Shown: positions 20,385 to 29,692, counted from the first letter of the stretch. The stretch: 64,000 nucleotides of DNA from a virus (IMGVR_UViG_2619619259_000001:1-64000); one strand, 5' to 3'. A program made the numbers and translations. The notes: generated by a model not told the origin, from the sequence alone.

Positions 20385-20909
20385 TTACTCGTTGTCTTCA
20401 AATAAAGATTTGATTGATTTTGTGGGGTAAAACAAAGAATTGCTGTTATTTCCTGTTAGCGCAATAAATCCAAGATGCTGATAAAATGACTTGGCTCTAT
20501 CATTCAGCGCATCCACAAAAAGCCCATGTATACCCACCGCCATTGATGCCTGATAAACAACTCTCATGGCATGAGTAACAAGCAAGTCCCCATATCCTTT
20601 ACCTTGCATGGAATTATCAATAGCGAGCCTCCCTAGCGTGATACTTGGTGTGTTCTTATATGGAATTTTCTTCTGTTGGCTCTTGGATGGAAACGATTCT
20701 CGCTCAAAGCAACTACCTGATAACGTGTAATACCCTAATATTTTTGGTCCGTCTTTCGCTTTCATTACGTAAGCTTTTAAGATCTCCATCTCATGCTGTC
20801 TTCCTAATTGCTCTACAAGAAAGGCATTCAAAGAATCATCACCGCAATCAAACCTTTTTAGGTCGTACTCTGCACTATCAGTGAAAATAATTACCTCTAA
20901 GCCATCCAT
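20385..20909 (-). CDS. GNAT acetyltransferase toxin (AtaT/TacT-like)
   Basis: FDCG...LN.FL, GYYTLS, LGRLAID..QGKGYG, FY..LGF motifs. Confidence 0.9.
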   Translation of the reverse strand: MDGLEVIIFTDSAEYDLKRFDCGDDSLNAFLVEQLGRQHEMEILKAYVMKAKDGPKILGYYTLSGSCFERESFPSKSQQKKIPYKNTPSITLGRLAIDNSMQGKGYGDLLVTHAMRVVYQASMAVGIHGLFVDALNDRAKSFYQHLGFIALTGNNSNSLFYPTKSIKSLFEDNE

Positions 20910-20911
20910 CT

Positions 20912-21181
20912 CTACTCCATTGACTGTAAGCGTTTAGCCGCTCGTTTTAGCCGCTCGTTAGGCATTGGTGGGTTATTGATTGCTTGCATTACTAAATTCC
21001 AAGAGTCTTCATTGAGGACCAATCGCTTGTGTCGTTCAATAACAACTTCAGCTCGTTTTGCCGCACTGGCAACCATGAACTGTGTAATTGTCAGGTTTTC
21101 CATTGCCGCAGCTTCTTCTATCAGGCTTTTATCATCAGGAGAAAGCCTGAGATCGATGCGTTCTTTCTTAAGTGCCGACAT
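20912..21181 (-). CDS. DUF1778 RHH antitoxin (AtaR/TacA-like)
   Basis: KERIDLRL...K.LIEEAA, PP.PNERLKRAA. Confidence 0.9.
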   Translation of the reverse strand: MSALKKERIDLRLSPDDKSLIEEAAAMENLTITQFMVASAAKRAEVVIERHKRLVLNEDSWNLVMQAINNPPMPNERLKRAAKRLQSME

Positions 21182-21227
21182 AATTTATTCCTAGTTGCTG
21201 CGTTATTCTTAATTTTCTTGCTCAAAA

Positions 21228-21246
21228 GTACGGATGCCATCCGTAC
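21228..21246. promoter_or_regulatory. Operator of the DUF1778-GNAT TA operon
   Basis: GTACGGATG-c-CATCCGTAC palindrome upstream of the antitoxin. Confidence 0.65.
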
Positions 21247-21389
21247 AAAATTAATTTAACAGATTTGTAGGGCGCTTTCCACTAAATCAGGCTGGTAAAT
21301 AAAATCTTTACGTTAAATGAGTAAAGCATCAATTGAGTAAATGATACTTTGATGGTTATAGCCCCATCTCCACAGGGCTATCCCTTGCC

Positions 21390-22142
21390 TTATTTCATCT
21401 TCATTAACGCCAAAAGTGAAGGAAATCTAGATTCAAAAAAATGTGGCTGCGTCTCTCTTGGATTGCCTGGTGAAGTGATGTTTTTCCCATATCTCAGCCC
21501 ATAGGCCGTCAAACACCAGAACGTCTTTTCTGATCCTTTACTCCTACTTGGTCTTGTCTTTTTCTCGACTACATCAATCTCTTGCAATAATTTATAGGCA
21601 TATTGAGATGATATATTTACGTCATGTTGCTTTAGTAAAGTCCTTAAAGCAGCCGTAGGCCTGCTTGAGCCGTCATTTGCATCAACTGGCGCATCAATGG
21701 CGTAACTTGGGACCAAATTTGGCAATCCCGCGAACTTCTGCAGTTGTTGAAGCCCTCCTAATCGAGAAGAGTTTGAGAGGTTTAAAAGTTTTGTCGCTGA
21801 CTCAAGTAAAAGTATGCCTGCCTGTACGGTTTCTATTTTATTGCTGGTGGTCGGGATCTGTACCTGGATTTGTTGTTCAAGTTCCTGCCATCGATCGACT
21901 AGTCGAGCTGTGAACTCGGGTGATAATTGAGCAACGACAATGTAACTATCTCTCTTCTCTAAACGGTACTCTGAAACCATTTGGCCTCTATGATTTTTAA
22001 CTTCCCCCATTGGGGGAAGTTGAATTACTCCCTTCTCAGCAAGCCTTTCAATAGATTGTTTTACTTTGTCGTGTCGAGACTCTACAAGTTCAGCAATTTC
22101 ACGGCTCGACATAGTAACAGCAGGTGCGGTTAATAGGCTCAT
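21390..22142 (-). CDS. Rha-domain antirepressor-like protein (Ant-like)
   Basis: MSSREIAELVESRH, QLSPEFTARLVDRWQELE; C-terminal KNITSP.NPRETQPHF; ATGA overlap with the upstream gene. Confidence 0.85.
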   Translation of the reverse strand: MSLLTAPAVTMSSREIAELVESRHDKVKQSIERLAEKGVIQLPPMGEVKNHRGQMVSEYRLEKRDSYIVVAQLSPEFTARLVDRWQELEQQIQVQIPTTSNKIETVQAGILLLESATKLLNLSNSSRLGGLQQLQKFAGLPNLVPSYAIDAPVDANDGSSRPTAALRTLLKQHDVNISSQYAYKLLQEIDVVEKKTRPSRSKGSEKTFWCLTAYGLRYGKNITSPGNPRETQPHFFESRFPSLLALMKMK

Positions 22143-22558
22143 AACGACACCTCCACCAGCTGATCCAAATAAGCCCTGCAATAGGTGAGTTCCCTTAAGG
22201 CATCTTTAAGGCGATCGGAGATATTCCAGTCAATGTTGACGCTCTGAAGTTCAATGAGTGCATCTTCAATGCGCTCATAACTGGCTGCGACCAACTCTTT
22301 TAGTGAAGTTTCTTCTAACTCTTTTTCTACCTCTGAAACACCGTGAAAATGTTCGAAATCTTCTTCATCCCAAAGGTCGGCTATTGTGGAAGAAAGGCGT
22401 TTTGAATCGGCACCAGACAGAAAACCAATGTGTTGGCCAAGAACTGGGATACAGTCGGGCTCATCTCGGCTAATTCGAATATCGTAGCGGACTTTTTCTA
22501 TGGCTGAGAGCAGATATTGACGATCAACATTTAGATCTTGGGTAGGGGTAGTAGCCAT
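22139..22558 (-). CDS. Hypothetical protein, first gene under C4 module 1
   Basis: GGAGG SD overlapped by the antisense target site. Confidence 0.7.
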   Translation of the reverse strand: MATTPTQDLNVDRQYLLSAIEKVRYDIRISRDEPDCIPVLGQHIGFLSGADSKRLSSTIADLWDEEDFEHFHGVSEVEKELEETSLKELVAASYERIEDALIELQSVNIDWNISDRLKDALRELTYCRAYLDQLVEVSL

Positions 22559-22619
22559 GTTTTGGCCTCCTGTAACGGTAAATTATTTCACCGCCAGGAG
22601 GTTCGAATCTCAAATGGGC

Positions 22620-22695
22620 GGTGAACTGGACGGGGTTCGAACTACCGGCGTTACAGGAACCGGCCCAACCAAGTTGGCCCCGCCCAGCCCACCAT
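22620..22695 (-). ncRNA. C4-type antisense RNA, copy 1
   Basis: Closing stem GGTGGGCTGGGCGGGG/CCCCGTCCAGTTCACC; UCCUGUAACG complementary to the site over the SD at 22568-22577; TTCGAA elements at ~22602 and ~22774; upstream a1b1-type hairpin TCACAG..CTGTGA. Confidence 0.85.
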
Positions 22696-23058
22696 TGATC
22701 ATAGCGTGCGCAGGCGCTGGACACAAAAAAAGACGCTGGCGCGTCATGTGTCGCCCGTAACATTTATCCAGGGTTCGAATCCCGATCACAGATTTTGCTG
22801 TGACCTAAAAACCATATCCCTGAATCAACTCAGTGGTCAACACATTTTCACGGCCTAACTTTGAATAGCTCAAAGTCATTTAAAACTAAATCATTATAAC
22901 AAAATAATCAAATGATGTTTTTATCATTAAATCATTCAGTCTGAAAACATGCATATATGATAACTAATGGATAAAATAATAATGCTGAAATAAGATTCAC
23001 ATTGCTACAATGAAAAAAATCATAAATAACTAAACTTTTATCATCGGAAGAAAAAAAC

Positions 23059-23343
23059 ATGTCAGCAATCGGTACTTTAGATTCCATTTGTTCTGGTCAT
23101 GGGGGATTTCCACCACGACCACCAGCTGACGCCGAGCCTTTTTTTCAAGTTAATGGCATCCCTGTTCTAGTTGATGGCAAACAATATTTAGCCCATAGCG
23201 ATGGTGATAGCTCCCATGATGGGATCGCATTAACAACTCGCGGATGGTTCACGATTAATGGGCAAGGCGTAGTGTGCGTAGGGGATCCTGTTTCGTGTGG
23301 CTCTATCGTTGCAGTCGGTGACGACCTGATAGATATCAGTTGA
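23059..23343 (+). CDS. PAAR-domain spike tip protein (UpfC position)
   Basis: CSGHGGFPPR, VNG.PV, ING..V..VGD.VSCG. Confidence 0.9.
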   Translation: MSAIGTLDSICSGHGGFPPRPPADAEPFFQVNGIPVLVDGKQYLAHSDGDSSHDGIALTTRGWFTINGQGVVCVGDPVSCGSIVAVGDDLIDIS

Positions 23344-23349
23344 GGTCCT

Positions 23350-24147
23350 ATGTTAGAGAAAGAGTATCAAATAGAGGCATATCACGCGATGAAAGCAGCT
23401 GGTGGAATTTTATCGCCTGCTGCTATAGGTCTATGTGGTGCAGCAAATAGCGCGGCGGTGAAACTATCAAGCGACTTATCGAAGATGATCGATAGTGAAT
23501 TAGAATACCCCGCAAAGCTGAAGCCTTTTCTTAACGAAATTAAGGGAATTGCAAGCAACTTCGAGGATGCCAGTGCGACTCTTAATGCCCACATTTCTAT
23601 TCTCTCTAAGCATAGCGAACTATCAGAACTATTTCGTCTAAATATCGGCTGGGATCTGTTCTTGAAAACGTCAGGTGATGGTTTAGATAGTGAGTTATGG
23701 ATTTCAACGGCCATAGCTGACACAGAAGTGTCTCAGGCATTATTGTCAGGTCTGACGGTCTACAATCTCGAAGACCTAGATAATGCAATGAGTAGCATAA
23801 ATAAAACGCTATCCAGTAGTTCAAGTTCTTCGTCTGGTACAACAAGAGAAGGCTCTGGTTCAGTAGGTGGATCATCAACACCTGAGATTAGCGCAAAACA
23901 ATACAAAGCGTTAGAAGATGCACTTCTAGCACTAGAGCCACTATCAGCCCCCCTATATGCAGCAAAACAAACGCTACTCACCCTGCATTCAAAAGCCAGA
24001 AAAAGCATTGAGGATGCATACAGTACTTTTGATGCCGCACTTCTTGTAACGATGCTGGATTCTATGGGCAGTGCTAAATACGTAAGCCTAGCTCGTAACA
24101 CACTTATGCCGCCTGACGTTGCCGCAGCATTGGACAATAAGCCATGA
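23350..24147 (+). CDS. UpfB-like protein
   Basis: Follows PAAR as in P1; Ser/Gly linker. Confidence 0.65.
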   Translation: MLEKEYQIEAYHAMKAAGGILSPAAIGLCGAANSAAVKLSSDLSKMIDSELEYPAKLKPFLNEIKGIASNFEDASATLNAHISILSKHSELSELFRLNIGWDLFLKTSGDGLDSELWISTAIADTEVSQALLSGLTVYNLEDLDNAMSSINKTLSSSSSSSSGTTREGSGSVGGSSTPEISAKQYKALEDALLALEPLSAPLYAAKQTLLTLHSKARKSIEDAYSTFDAALLVTMLDSMGSAKYVSLARNTLMPPDVAAALDNKP

Positions 24148-24377
24148 AGACTTTTCTATCTGTTTTTCTATCTGCGGTATCTGGCGCTTTCTGCGCACTA
24201 ATTATTTCATTTACCTTCATCGGGGTCAGTCAGGAAGACAACATGAAATTGATTATGTCATCCCTAAATGAGATCAACGGACACCTTGAATACACGTATC
24301 AGCGTATAGATGATCTCAGTGAACAGTTCGATGCCAGATTTTTGGCACCACCGGAAAGAAATGTATGCCCAAAATAA
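24144..24377 (+). CDS. Small membrane-anchored protein
   Basis: N-terminal hydrophobic helix, coupled overlaps. Confidence 0.6.
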   Translation: MKTFLSVFLSAVSGAFCALIISFTFIGVSQEDNMKLIMSSLNEINGHLEYTYQRIDDLSEQFDARFLAPPERNVCPK

Positions 24378-24751
24378 ACGCAATCCTCATCGTCACGCTT
24401 TCCTGTGTGTCATTTATTGCTTACACGCAATATAACCGGATAAATCAACTAAAGGGATTTAACGAATCCTTAGCCAAAAGCGAAAAAGAGATTAGAGAAG
24501 AGAAAGACCGGTTAAAGGACCAATACAACATCATCAATGAGGCTTTAACTCATGTCGCAGAACAAAAAGAAAAGGCAGAAGCGGAAAGCAACACATTACG
24601 AAACAATCTCAAGTCTGCGCAGCGTGGCAATAGTGCTTCTCGTGTTCCTGTTCCTGCTGATGTTATCAGGATGCAGAAGTCAGCCATTGACGAAACCAAT
24701 AGAAAATTTACCGCTGCCGGAAGTACTAATAGAACCGTGTCTACTCCCTGA
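24365..24751 (+). CDS. i-spanin (Rz-like)
   Basis: N-terminal TM helix, coiled coil, VPVPADV motif. Confidence 0.75.
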   Translation: MPKINAILIVTLSCVSFIAYTQYNRINQLKGFNESLAKSEKEIREEKDRLKDQYNIINEALTHVAEQKEKAEAESNTLRNNLKSAQRGNSASRVPVPADVIRMQKSAIDETNRKFTAAGSTNRTVSTP

Positions 24752-24875
24752 CTTTGATGTTAAAACTTACGGTGACTATCCTGATTATGTTGAGCGGGTT
24801 CGTCTGGCAGTAGAGAAATGCAACTACAACAATGCCGCAATACGGGATATAAACAAAAAGACATTAAGTTGGTAA
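24552..24875 (+). CDS. o-spanin lipoprotein (Rz1-like), overlapping; start uncertain
   Basis: Lipobox LSGC, Pro-rich stretch, PC and KCN motifs. Confidence 0.75.
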   Translation: MSQNKKKRQKRKATHYETISSLRSVAIVLLVFLFLLMLSGCRSQPLTKPIENLPLPEVLIEPCLLPDFDVKTYGDYPDYVERVRLAVEKCNYNNAAIRDINKKTLSW

Positions 24876-24879
24876 CAAA

Positions 24880-25161
24880 ATGATTATTTATATTGCCGGA
24901 CCGATGAGCGGTCTAGATGATTGTAATCGTGCAGCATTCAATGCTGTAGCAAAAAGACTAAGTTTCAACGGCGATACACCGCTAAATCCCGCATTGTTAC
25001 CGCATGGACTTAGTCAGCATCAATATATGGATATCTGTTTTGCTATGCTCCGGTCTGCAGAAGCTATTTACTTACTAAAAGGCTGGGAGGCAAGTGCTGG
25101 TGCCTCTGCGGAGTACCATTATGCATACAAGATGGGTTTGAAAGTATTTAACCAATGCTAA
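24880..25161 (+). CDS. DUF4406 family protein
   Basis: IYIAGPMSG, LNPA, IYLL.GWE.S.GA..E motifs. Confidence 0.85.
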   Translation: MIIYIAGPMSGLDDCNRAAFNAVAKRLSFNGDTPLNPALLPHGLSQHQYMDICFAMLRSAEAIYLLKGWEASAGASAEYHYAYKMGLKVFNQC

Positions 25162-25413
25162 TTGTTTTTTGACAAAAAGACGTAATGATAAAAACATCAT
25201 CTCTTATGATTTTAATTTTAAAATCAAATAATAGTTAAAAAACATTTTGAACAATTTTACACGCTGGCTTATTTGTGCTTTTCACACAGTTACGTGTGTC
25301 AAATTCCCTGCAAATAATTGACTATACATTTTGTGTAAAGTAATCTTGAATCCAATAACTAAACGCGTTTTTTTCAGTTTAAGTTACATTTTCAAAATCG
25401 CAGGAGGTAATTC

Positions 25414-25449
25414 ATGAAAAAAATATGTGATGAATTCGATGGTTTCTAG
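25414..25449 (+). CDS. 11-aa small peptide MKKICDEFDGF
   Basis: Strong SD AGGAGGT upstream of ATG; followed by a terminator hairpin. Confidence 0.6.
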   Translation: MKKICDEFDGF

Positions 25450-25475
25450 ACCATAGTTAACCTCTATGAGTATGA

Positions 25476-25502
25476 GGCGGGGATAATTACCCCGCTTTTT
25501 TT
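25476..25502 (+). terminator. Intrinsic terminator/attenuator between the peptide and the DUF4760 gene
   Basis: GCGGGG-ataatta-CCCCGC followed by T7. Confidence 0.8.
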
Positions 25503-25516
25503 ATGGATGAAAAATT

Positions 25517-26023
25517 ATGACATTAGACGCTGCAACCCTACAGATGATTAGTAACGTTATTGTTTTTTTTGGTGTAGTTGTCGCCATTTTCACAATTATC
25601 TACAACGTTCGTACCGCAAAAAAAATTCAGACAGCCAACTTCTTGTTTGAAAGTCGCCAAGATCTTCAATACATAGAAGCACTGCACATCCTTAAAAAAG
25701 TACATCGCTCAGGAAAATCCTTCCGGTCTTACGTTTTCCCATCAGAAGGAGGGAAAATATCCGAAGACGAAATGGTTGAACGCCGCAAAATCCAGTACAT
25801 CCTGAATTTTTATGAAAGAGTAGCAATCGGCATCGACAATAATATTTATGATGAAACAATGATAAAGAGGACATCATTCACTACTGTTATAGAAACGTAT
25901 GACATTGCCGAACCGCTGATCAAGGCGATTAGAGAGAACATTAAATCAGACAGTACCTATCAAGAATTTGAATGGCTGGTTAATCGTTGGAAGAGCGATC
26001 CGCTAAAGAAAAGTAGCTATTAA
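25517..26023 (+). CDS. DUF4760-like membrane-anchored protein
   Basis: N-terminal TM helix, ILNFYE.VA.GI....YDE, Y.EFEWL..RW. Confidence 0.75.
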   Translation: MTLDAATLQMISNVIVFFGVVVAIFTIIYNVRTAKKIQTANFLFESRQDLQYIEALHILKKVHRSGKSFRSYVFPSEGGKISEDEMVERRKIQYILNFYERVAIGIDNNIYDETMIKRTSFTTVIETYDIAEPLIKAIRENIKSDSTYQEFEWLVNRWKSDPLKKSSY

Positions 26024-26053
26024 AATACTTTTGATGAGTGGCCCAAAAAGGGC

Positions 26054-26668
26054 CTATTCCCCATCAGGTTCCCACGCTTCGCTAAATTCGTCATTTTCAA
26101 ATAGTTCAGCCAATCCTGATATTTGTTTCAGCCTCAAAACCTCATCGGCATCCATCCCTAGTTCTTTTGCTATTTTTTCATCACCCCAATTTCTGCGTGA
26201 CAGTTCAATGACAATGTCACTCATTGAGCTGATCTTATGTTTACCTCTTGCTCTGTTGTGCCTGATCGTTGATGCCATACGATCGCTTCTTTCGGTACTG
26301 GACTTGTTTACGACAACCACCGGCAAATGAGACATTTTCTTTTTCTTGCCAACCAAGTTACGGTGATAGCCGTCAATAACTTCATAATGCCCATCAACTT
26401 CCCATACAACTATCGGCTGAGTATATCCATCAGCATCAATACTCGTTTCAAGCAATGCCATCTCTGGTGGCGCCACACTATTGGGGTTGTAATCATTGGC
26501 AACCACCAGCTCAGAACGAACCCATATAACATGACTAACAGGATGATCTAGAATCCAGTCAGGGAGTTTTTCTTCTTGCATTCGTCTCGCTCCTTTTTCT
26601 TTCTTTTCATATATTGTTCGTAATGAAACCCATGTTTTGTTTGAGTAAATGACAATCCCTTGGCCCAA
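26054..26668 (-). CDS. ibrB: IbrB/YbdM-like ParB/Srx-domain protein (true start probably ATG 26581)
   Basis: ANDYNPN.VAPPE, GYTQPIV, IDGYHR, ASTIRHNRARGKH. Confidence 0.88.
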   Translation of the reverse strand: MGQGIVIYSNKTWVSLRTIYEKKEKGARRMQEEKLPDWILDHPVSHVIWVRSELVVANDYNPNSVAPPEMALLETSIDADGYTQPIVVWEVDGHYEVIDGYHRNLVGKKKKMSHLPVVVVNKSSTERSDRMASTIRHNRARGKHKISSMSDIVIELSRRNWGDEKIAKELGMDADEVLRLKQISGLAELFENDEFSEAWEPDGE

Positions 26669-27780
26669 TAGTCATTTTTTAACAGCATTTTTGCGATCCT
26701 TCGCCAGGACGGTGCCTTCTTTGCCGCCTCTTCCTTCGGGTCAGCTTCATCGGGTATTCCGTTAGGGAACCCCTTTCTTGCATACCATCCTAAAAACGTG
26801 TGTATTTTGTTTTTATAATGCTCTGACATGTGATCGGGTAGGCTAGCTAAAATGACCTCGCAAAATGATTGCCAGGTATGGCCATCCGGTTTTGATATTT
26901 TCACCTGCCCGCTACCATTTCCGCTCAGTTTTACAAACTCTGAACCGCTATTTACCCCAGCCACACGAGCAACAACACGTGACCATGTTTCTGGCTCAAT
27001 AACATGGTACAACCATAACCCCTTACGCTGATCGTCTCCATACGGCTGGCAGATGCGCTGTTGATGTATGGATAGCCCAGCTCGGTTCATTAGGTCGTAT
27101 AACCTGTTATACGATTTCTTAAACTTGCCAACATACGTCCATATATCCGTTGTTTTCCAGTCGTATAATGGATAAGCGTTATAGACAAAGCTTTTATAAA
27201 GTTTCGTTGTCCAACAATGATTTTTAAACGTTTCTTTTTTCTTGTTGCTGATGGTTCTGTACCTATTAAGACTTTCATCCGTTCGGATACCAACAAAACA
27301 CGCACAGGGCATATTATTTGAGTACCATTTACCGAATTCTGGCACGAACTCTTCAAACTCCATCCCTCGCTTGAAAAAAGGGAAGTAATCTTCATCAATG
27401 ATTGAGCGCGAGTCGGGTTCTCTAACCCATGACGATTTACTATCTGGATCCCAACAAAGCCATTTGGGTTCATAAACACTAACGGCATTTCTTAATGCGA
27501 TAGGTAGCGCCACCCAATACAGTTCTATAACGTCACTGTACTCGTTGAGCATTTCATCTATATGCTCGATCGTGAGTTTATATTGGGCCTCAAGGTCAAC
27601 AATCAGAACGGCAAATTTAACCCCCCTTTTTCTTGCCTCTGTTGCGACAAGATGCAACATGACGGAACTGTCTTTCCCTCCCGAAAATGAAAGGTAGATT
27701 TTAGGAAATGCATCAAAAACTTCAGAAATTCGCCCCTGCGCCGCTGTAAGCACATCTATACAAAGTCCTCTTTTAGCCAC
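26548..27780 (-). CDS. ibrA: IbrA/YbdN-like PAPS-reductase family protein (DUF3440)
   Basis: SFSGGKDS PP-loop, GIR.DESLNR, YPLYDW, QRICQPYG, PSWRR..K..LKND. Confidence 0.9.
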   Translation of the reverse strand: MAKRGLCIDVLTAAQGRISEVFDAFPKIYLSFSGGKDSSVMLHLVATEARKRGVKFAVLIVDLEAQYKLTIEHIDEMLNEYSDVIELYWVALPIALRNAVSVYEPKWLCWDPDSKSSWVREPDSRSIIDEDYFPFFKRGMEFEEFVPEFGKWYSNNMPCACFVGIRTDESLNRYRTISNKKKETFKNHCWTTKLYKSFVYNAYPLYDWKTTDIWTYVGKFKKSYNRLYDLMNRAGLSIHQQRICQPYGDDQRKGLWLYHVIEPETWSRVVARVAGVNSGSEFVKLSGNGSGQVKISKPDGHTWQSFCEVILASLPDHMSEHYKNKIHTFLGWYARKGFPNGIPDEADPKEEAAKKAPSWRRIAKMLLKNDYWAKGLSFTQTKHGFHYEQYMKRKKKERDECKKKNSLTGF

Positions 27781-28184
27781 TTTGCCACCTCCCTTAATTC
27801 ATTGATAGCGGCACGCGTTTTACTGCCAGAGAAAGAATTCATATCCATATCTAAAAGACTTTTCTTTGTGTACTTCTGAAATATGGATAGCTGAATAAAG
27901 ACTTCGTTCTCTTTTGCATCAAAAAAGGAGTTATCATAAAACCTAACTGGTAACAGGCTATTTTGACTCCAAATTTTAAAATAGACTCTAATTACTCCAT
28001 TTTTGATGTAGATTGAGGGGGCTATCACCGCCCTCAGTTTTTCCGTGCCTTTAATGAAGGCCGCAACCTTGAGTGCTTCAGATTGCGATATACCTTTATC
28101 AAAAACGATGAAATCCGCGAAATCAAAAAGATCTTGTTCGTTTACCAAAGAATTCACCCGTTGCGTAGTAATTGGCCATAACAC
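27756..28184 (-). CDS. Hypothetical protein between the cas8-like gene and ibrA
   Basis: ORF overlapping both neighbours; start uncertain. Confidence 0.65.
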   Translation of the reverse strand: MLWPITTQRVNSLVNEQDLFDFADFIVFDKGISQSEALKVAAFIKGTEKLRAVIAPSIYIKNGVIRVYFKIWSQNSLLPVRFYDNSFFDAKENEVFIQLSIFQKYTKKSLLDMDMNSFSGSKTRAAINELREVAKWLKEDFV

Positions 28185-29283
28185 TAGAAATTGCGTCTCT
28201 TCTTTGTTTAGAGAGGCTTAAAGTGTTTTCTGGAATCATCTCTTGGTAAACATCAAACGCCGCTTCGCCCTCATCCATTCCAGATAGAAGCCGCGCAGCC
28301 ATATTCTTTCTCGCATCTACAACGCAACCCGCATCGTATTCAGTAGGTTTATTGCTTCTGCCTTTCAATTGCCATGTAGCCTTGCTTAACTGCATCAGCA
28401 TTTTACGGGGGAAAGCCTCCCGTAACTTAAACCGTTCGTGCACAACCAATTTCAAGCTGGCTTTATCATAAAACGTACTGAAACATAGAATGTCATCGCC
28501 TATTTTGGCATTCTCAGTAATGGAAACTGGCGGTATAGCAACGGCGCTATCAAATGCGGCTCCATCCATGATGTCGATTAGAGTTTGAGTCGGGGTAATT
28601 GCATATTTTCTGCCTGATATTGTTTGTGCTAAATGAGGGTTTTCCACTGGATCAGGCCGCTCAGCCAGACCTTTTTTATAAAAATGGGTGATGGTCGGTT
28701 TTTCACTACCACAGATCCCACATGGAATATCGCTGTTTGCATCATCAAGCCAGTATTGGCAGGCTTCTGAGAAATAGGCATTGATAGCTTGCTTTTCTTT
28801 AGTCAGATTGGCATTAACCGTTTTTTCTACCGTATCTTTTATTATCAGATAAATAGCGTTATGGAATAAACGTGCGGGATAATATCCCTGCCCAGCAGCA
28901 CCAGCAAATTGGGATTGCGTATACAGTGCGATATGGGCGCATTCAGTACACATAGCAGCACAGCCACCGCGCTTAACAAAGAAGTCAGTATTGTGCTTTA
29001 TAGCGTTCGCGCCAGGTGATTCCAGCAATAGGGTTCCAATAGGGAATAATTTTCCTTCTTTTGCTGAGACTCTTTGCAGGAATCGAGTTGGGTTATCGCC
29101 TAATGATTCAACGTAGTCAGTGTTTTTTAGCCCTATCAGTAACAACTTAATAGCAAAATCAAAATCGCTTCTCCCTGTACTAATCGATAACTCGGAGAGA
29201 GATTGAACCTCAGAGACAGAACAATGCGACCGCTTTCCGCCAACGACTACGGGTATCCATGCATCAGTCAATATATTCATCAC
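28123..29283 (-). CDS. Orphan, shortened type I-E Cas8e/Cse1(CasA)-like protein
   Basis: MNILTDAWIPV, R.DF...LLIGL, RFLQ, LL.ESPG.N.IK.N.DFFVKRG, C..CA.IALY..Q..A..GQGY, CGICG: the Cse1 N-terminal motif series. Confidence 0.75.
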   Translation of the reverse strand: MMNILTDAWIPVVVGGKRSHCSVSEVQSLSELSISTGRSDFDFAIKLLLIGLKNTDYVESLGDNPTRFLQRVSAKEGKLFPIGTLLLESPGANAIKHNTDFFVKRGGCAAMCTECAHIALYTQSQFAGAAGQGYYPARLFHNAIYLIIKDTVEKTVNANLTKEKQAINAYFSEACQYWLDDANSDIPCGICGSEKPTITHFYKKGLAERPDPVENPHLAQTISGRKYAITPTQTLIDIMDGAAFDSAVAIPPVSITENAKIGDDILCFSTFYDKASLKLVVHERFKLREAFPRKMLMQLSKATWQLKGRSNKPTEYDAGCVVDARKNMAARLLSGMDEGEAAFDVYQEMIPENTLSLSKQRRDAISSVMANYYATGEFFGKRTRSF

Positions 29284-29692
29284 GATAATCCCCCTCTCCT
29301 TCTCCTAACTTAGAGTATTTTTCTGCAATAGCATGCAGGTCTAATAGGTTAGTTGTTTCATAAACATGATTGTTAACATCATCAATGGCAGCCATTCGAT
29401 ACTGGATGTCGCTATAGGTATAGTGATCAACAATGGCATGGATCATTTCCAGCGTAATACCATCTCCGCTAACAATGTTGTTTTTAGCGTATTCCACCCA
29501 CTCATCGAGCAGACCCTGCGAATGAATAAAGACAAGGATTCGAATAGCTGTATCTGCAATAGCAGAAGGCATCGCAGTGCCATCTCTCCAATTGTTATAC
29601 GTAGACCGAGTTACATGTAACGCACTAGAAAAATCAGTGTGGGTTTTAAACCCCATTCGTGTTCTATATTCTTCCATTTCTTGCGGCGTCAT
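29264..29692 (-). CDS. XRE/HTH regulator (Aca-like), first gene of the operon
   Basis: MT..EM..YR..MG.....FS.AL.V...TY.NW..G...P HTH; GGGGA SD. Confidence 0.75.
   Translation of the reverse strand: MTPQEMEEYRTRMGFKTHTDFSSALHVTRSTYNNWRDGTAMPSAIADTAIRILVFIHSQGLLDEWVEYAKNNIVSGDGITLEMIHAIVDHYTYSDIQYRMAAIDDVNNHVYETTNLLDLHAIAEKYSKLGEGEGDYRDEYID

Noticed and set aside
22524-22763. 79-aa ORF resembling Ash-family proteins
   Set aside because: Most likely a translation of the C4 RNA and its target sites rather than a protein gene
22595-22790. GGTTCGAATC motifs resembling tRNA T-loops
   Set aside because: No cloverleaf or CCA context; they are the C4 recognition elements
25477-25495. GCGGGGATAA resembles the 3' half of a type I-E CRISPR repeat, near the cas8-like operon
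   Set aside because: No upstream CCCCGC half and no second copy; it is fully explained as a terminator stem
27406-27419. GCGCGAGTCGGGTT, a 13/14 complement of the mat-leader RNA
   Set aside because: Lies on the non-coding strand of ibrA, so it is not in an mRNA; it shows that chance matches occur
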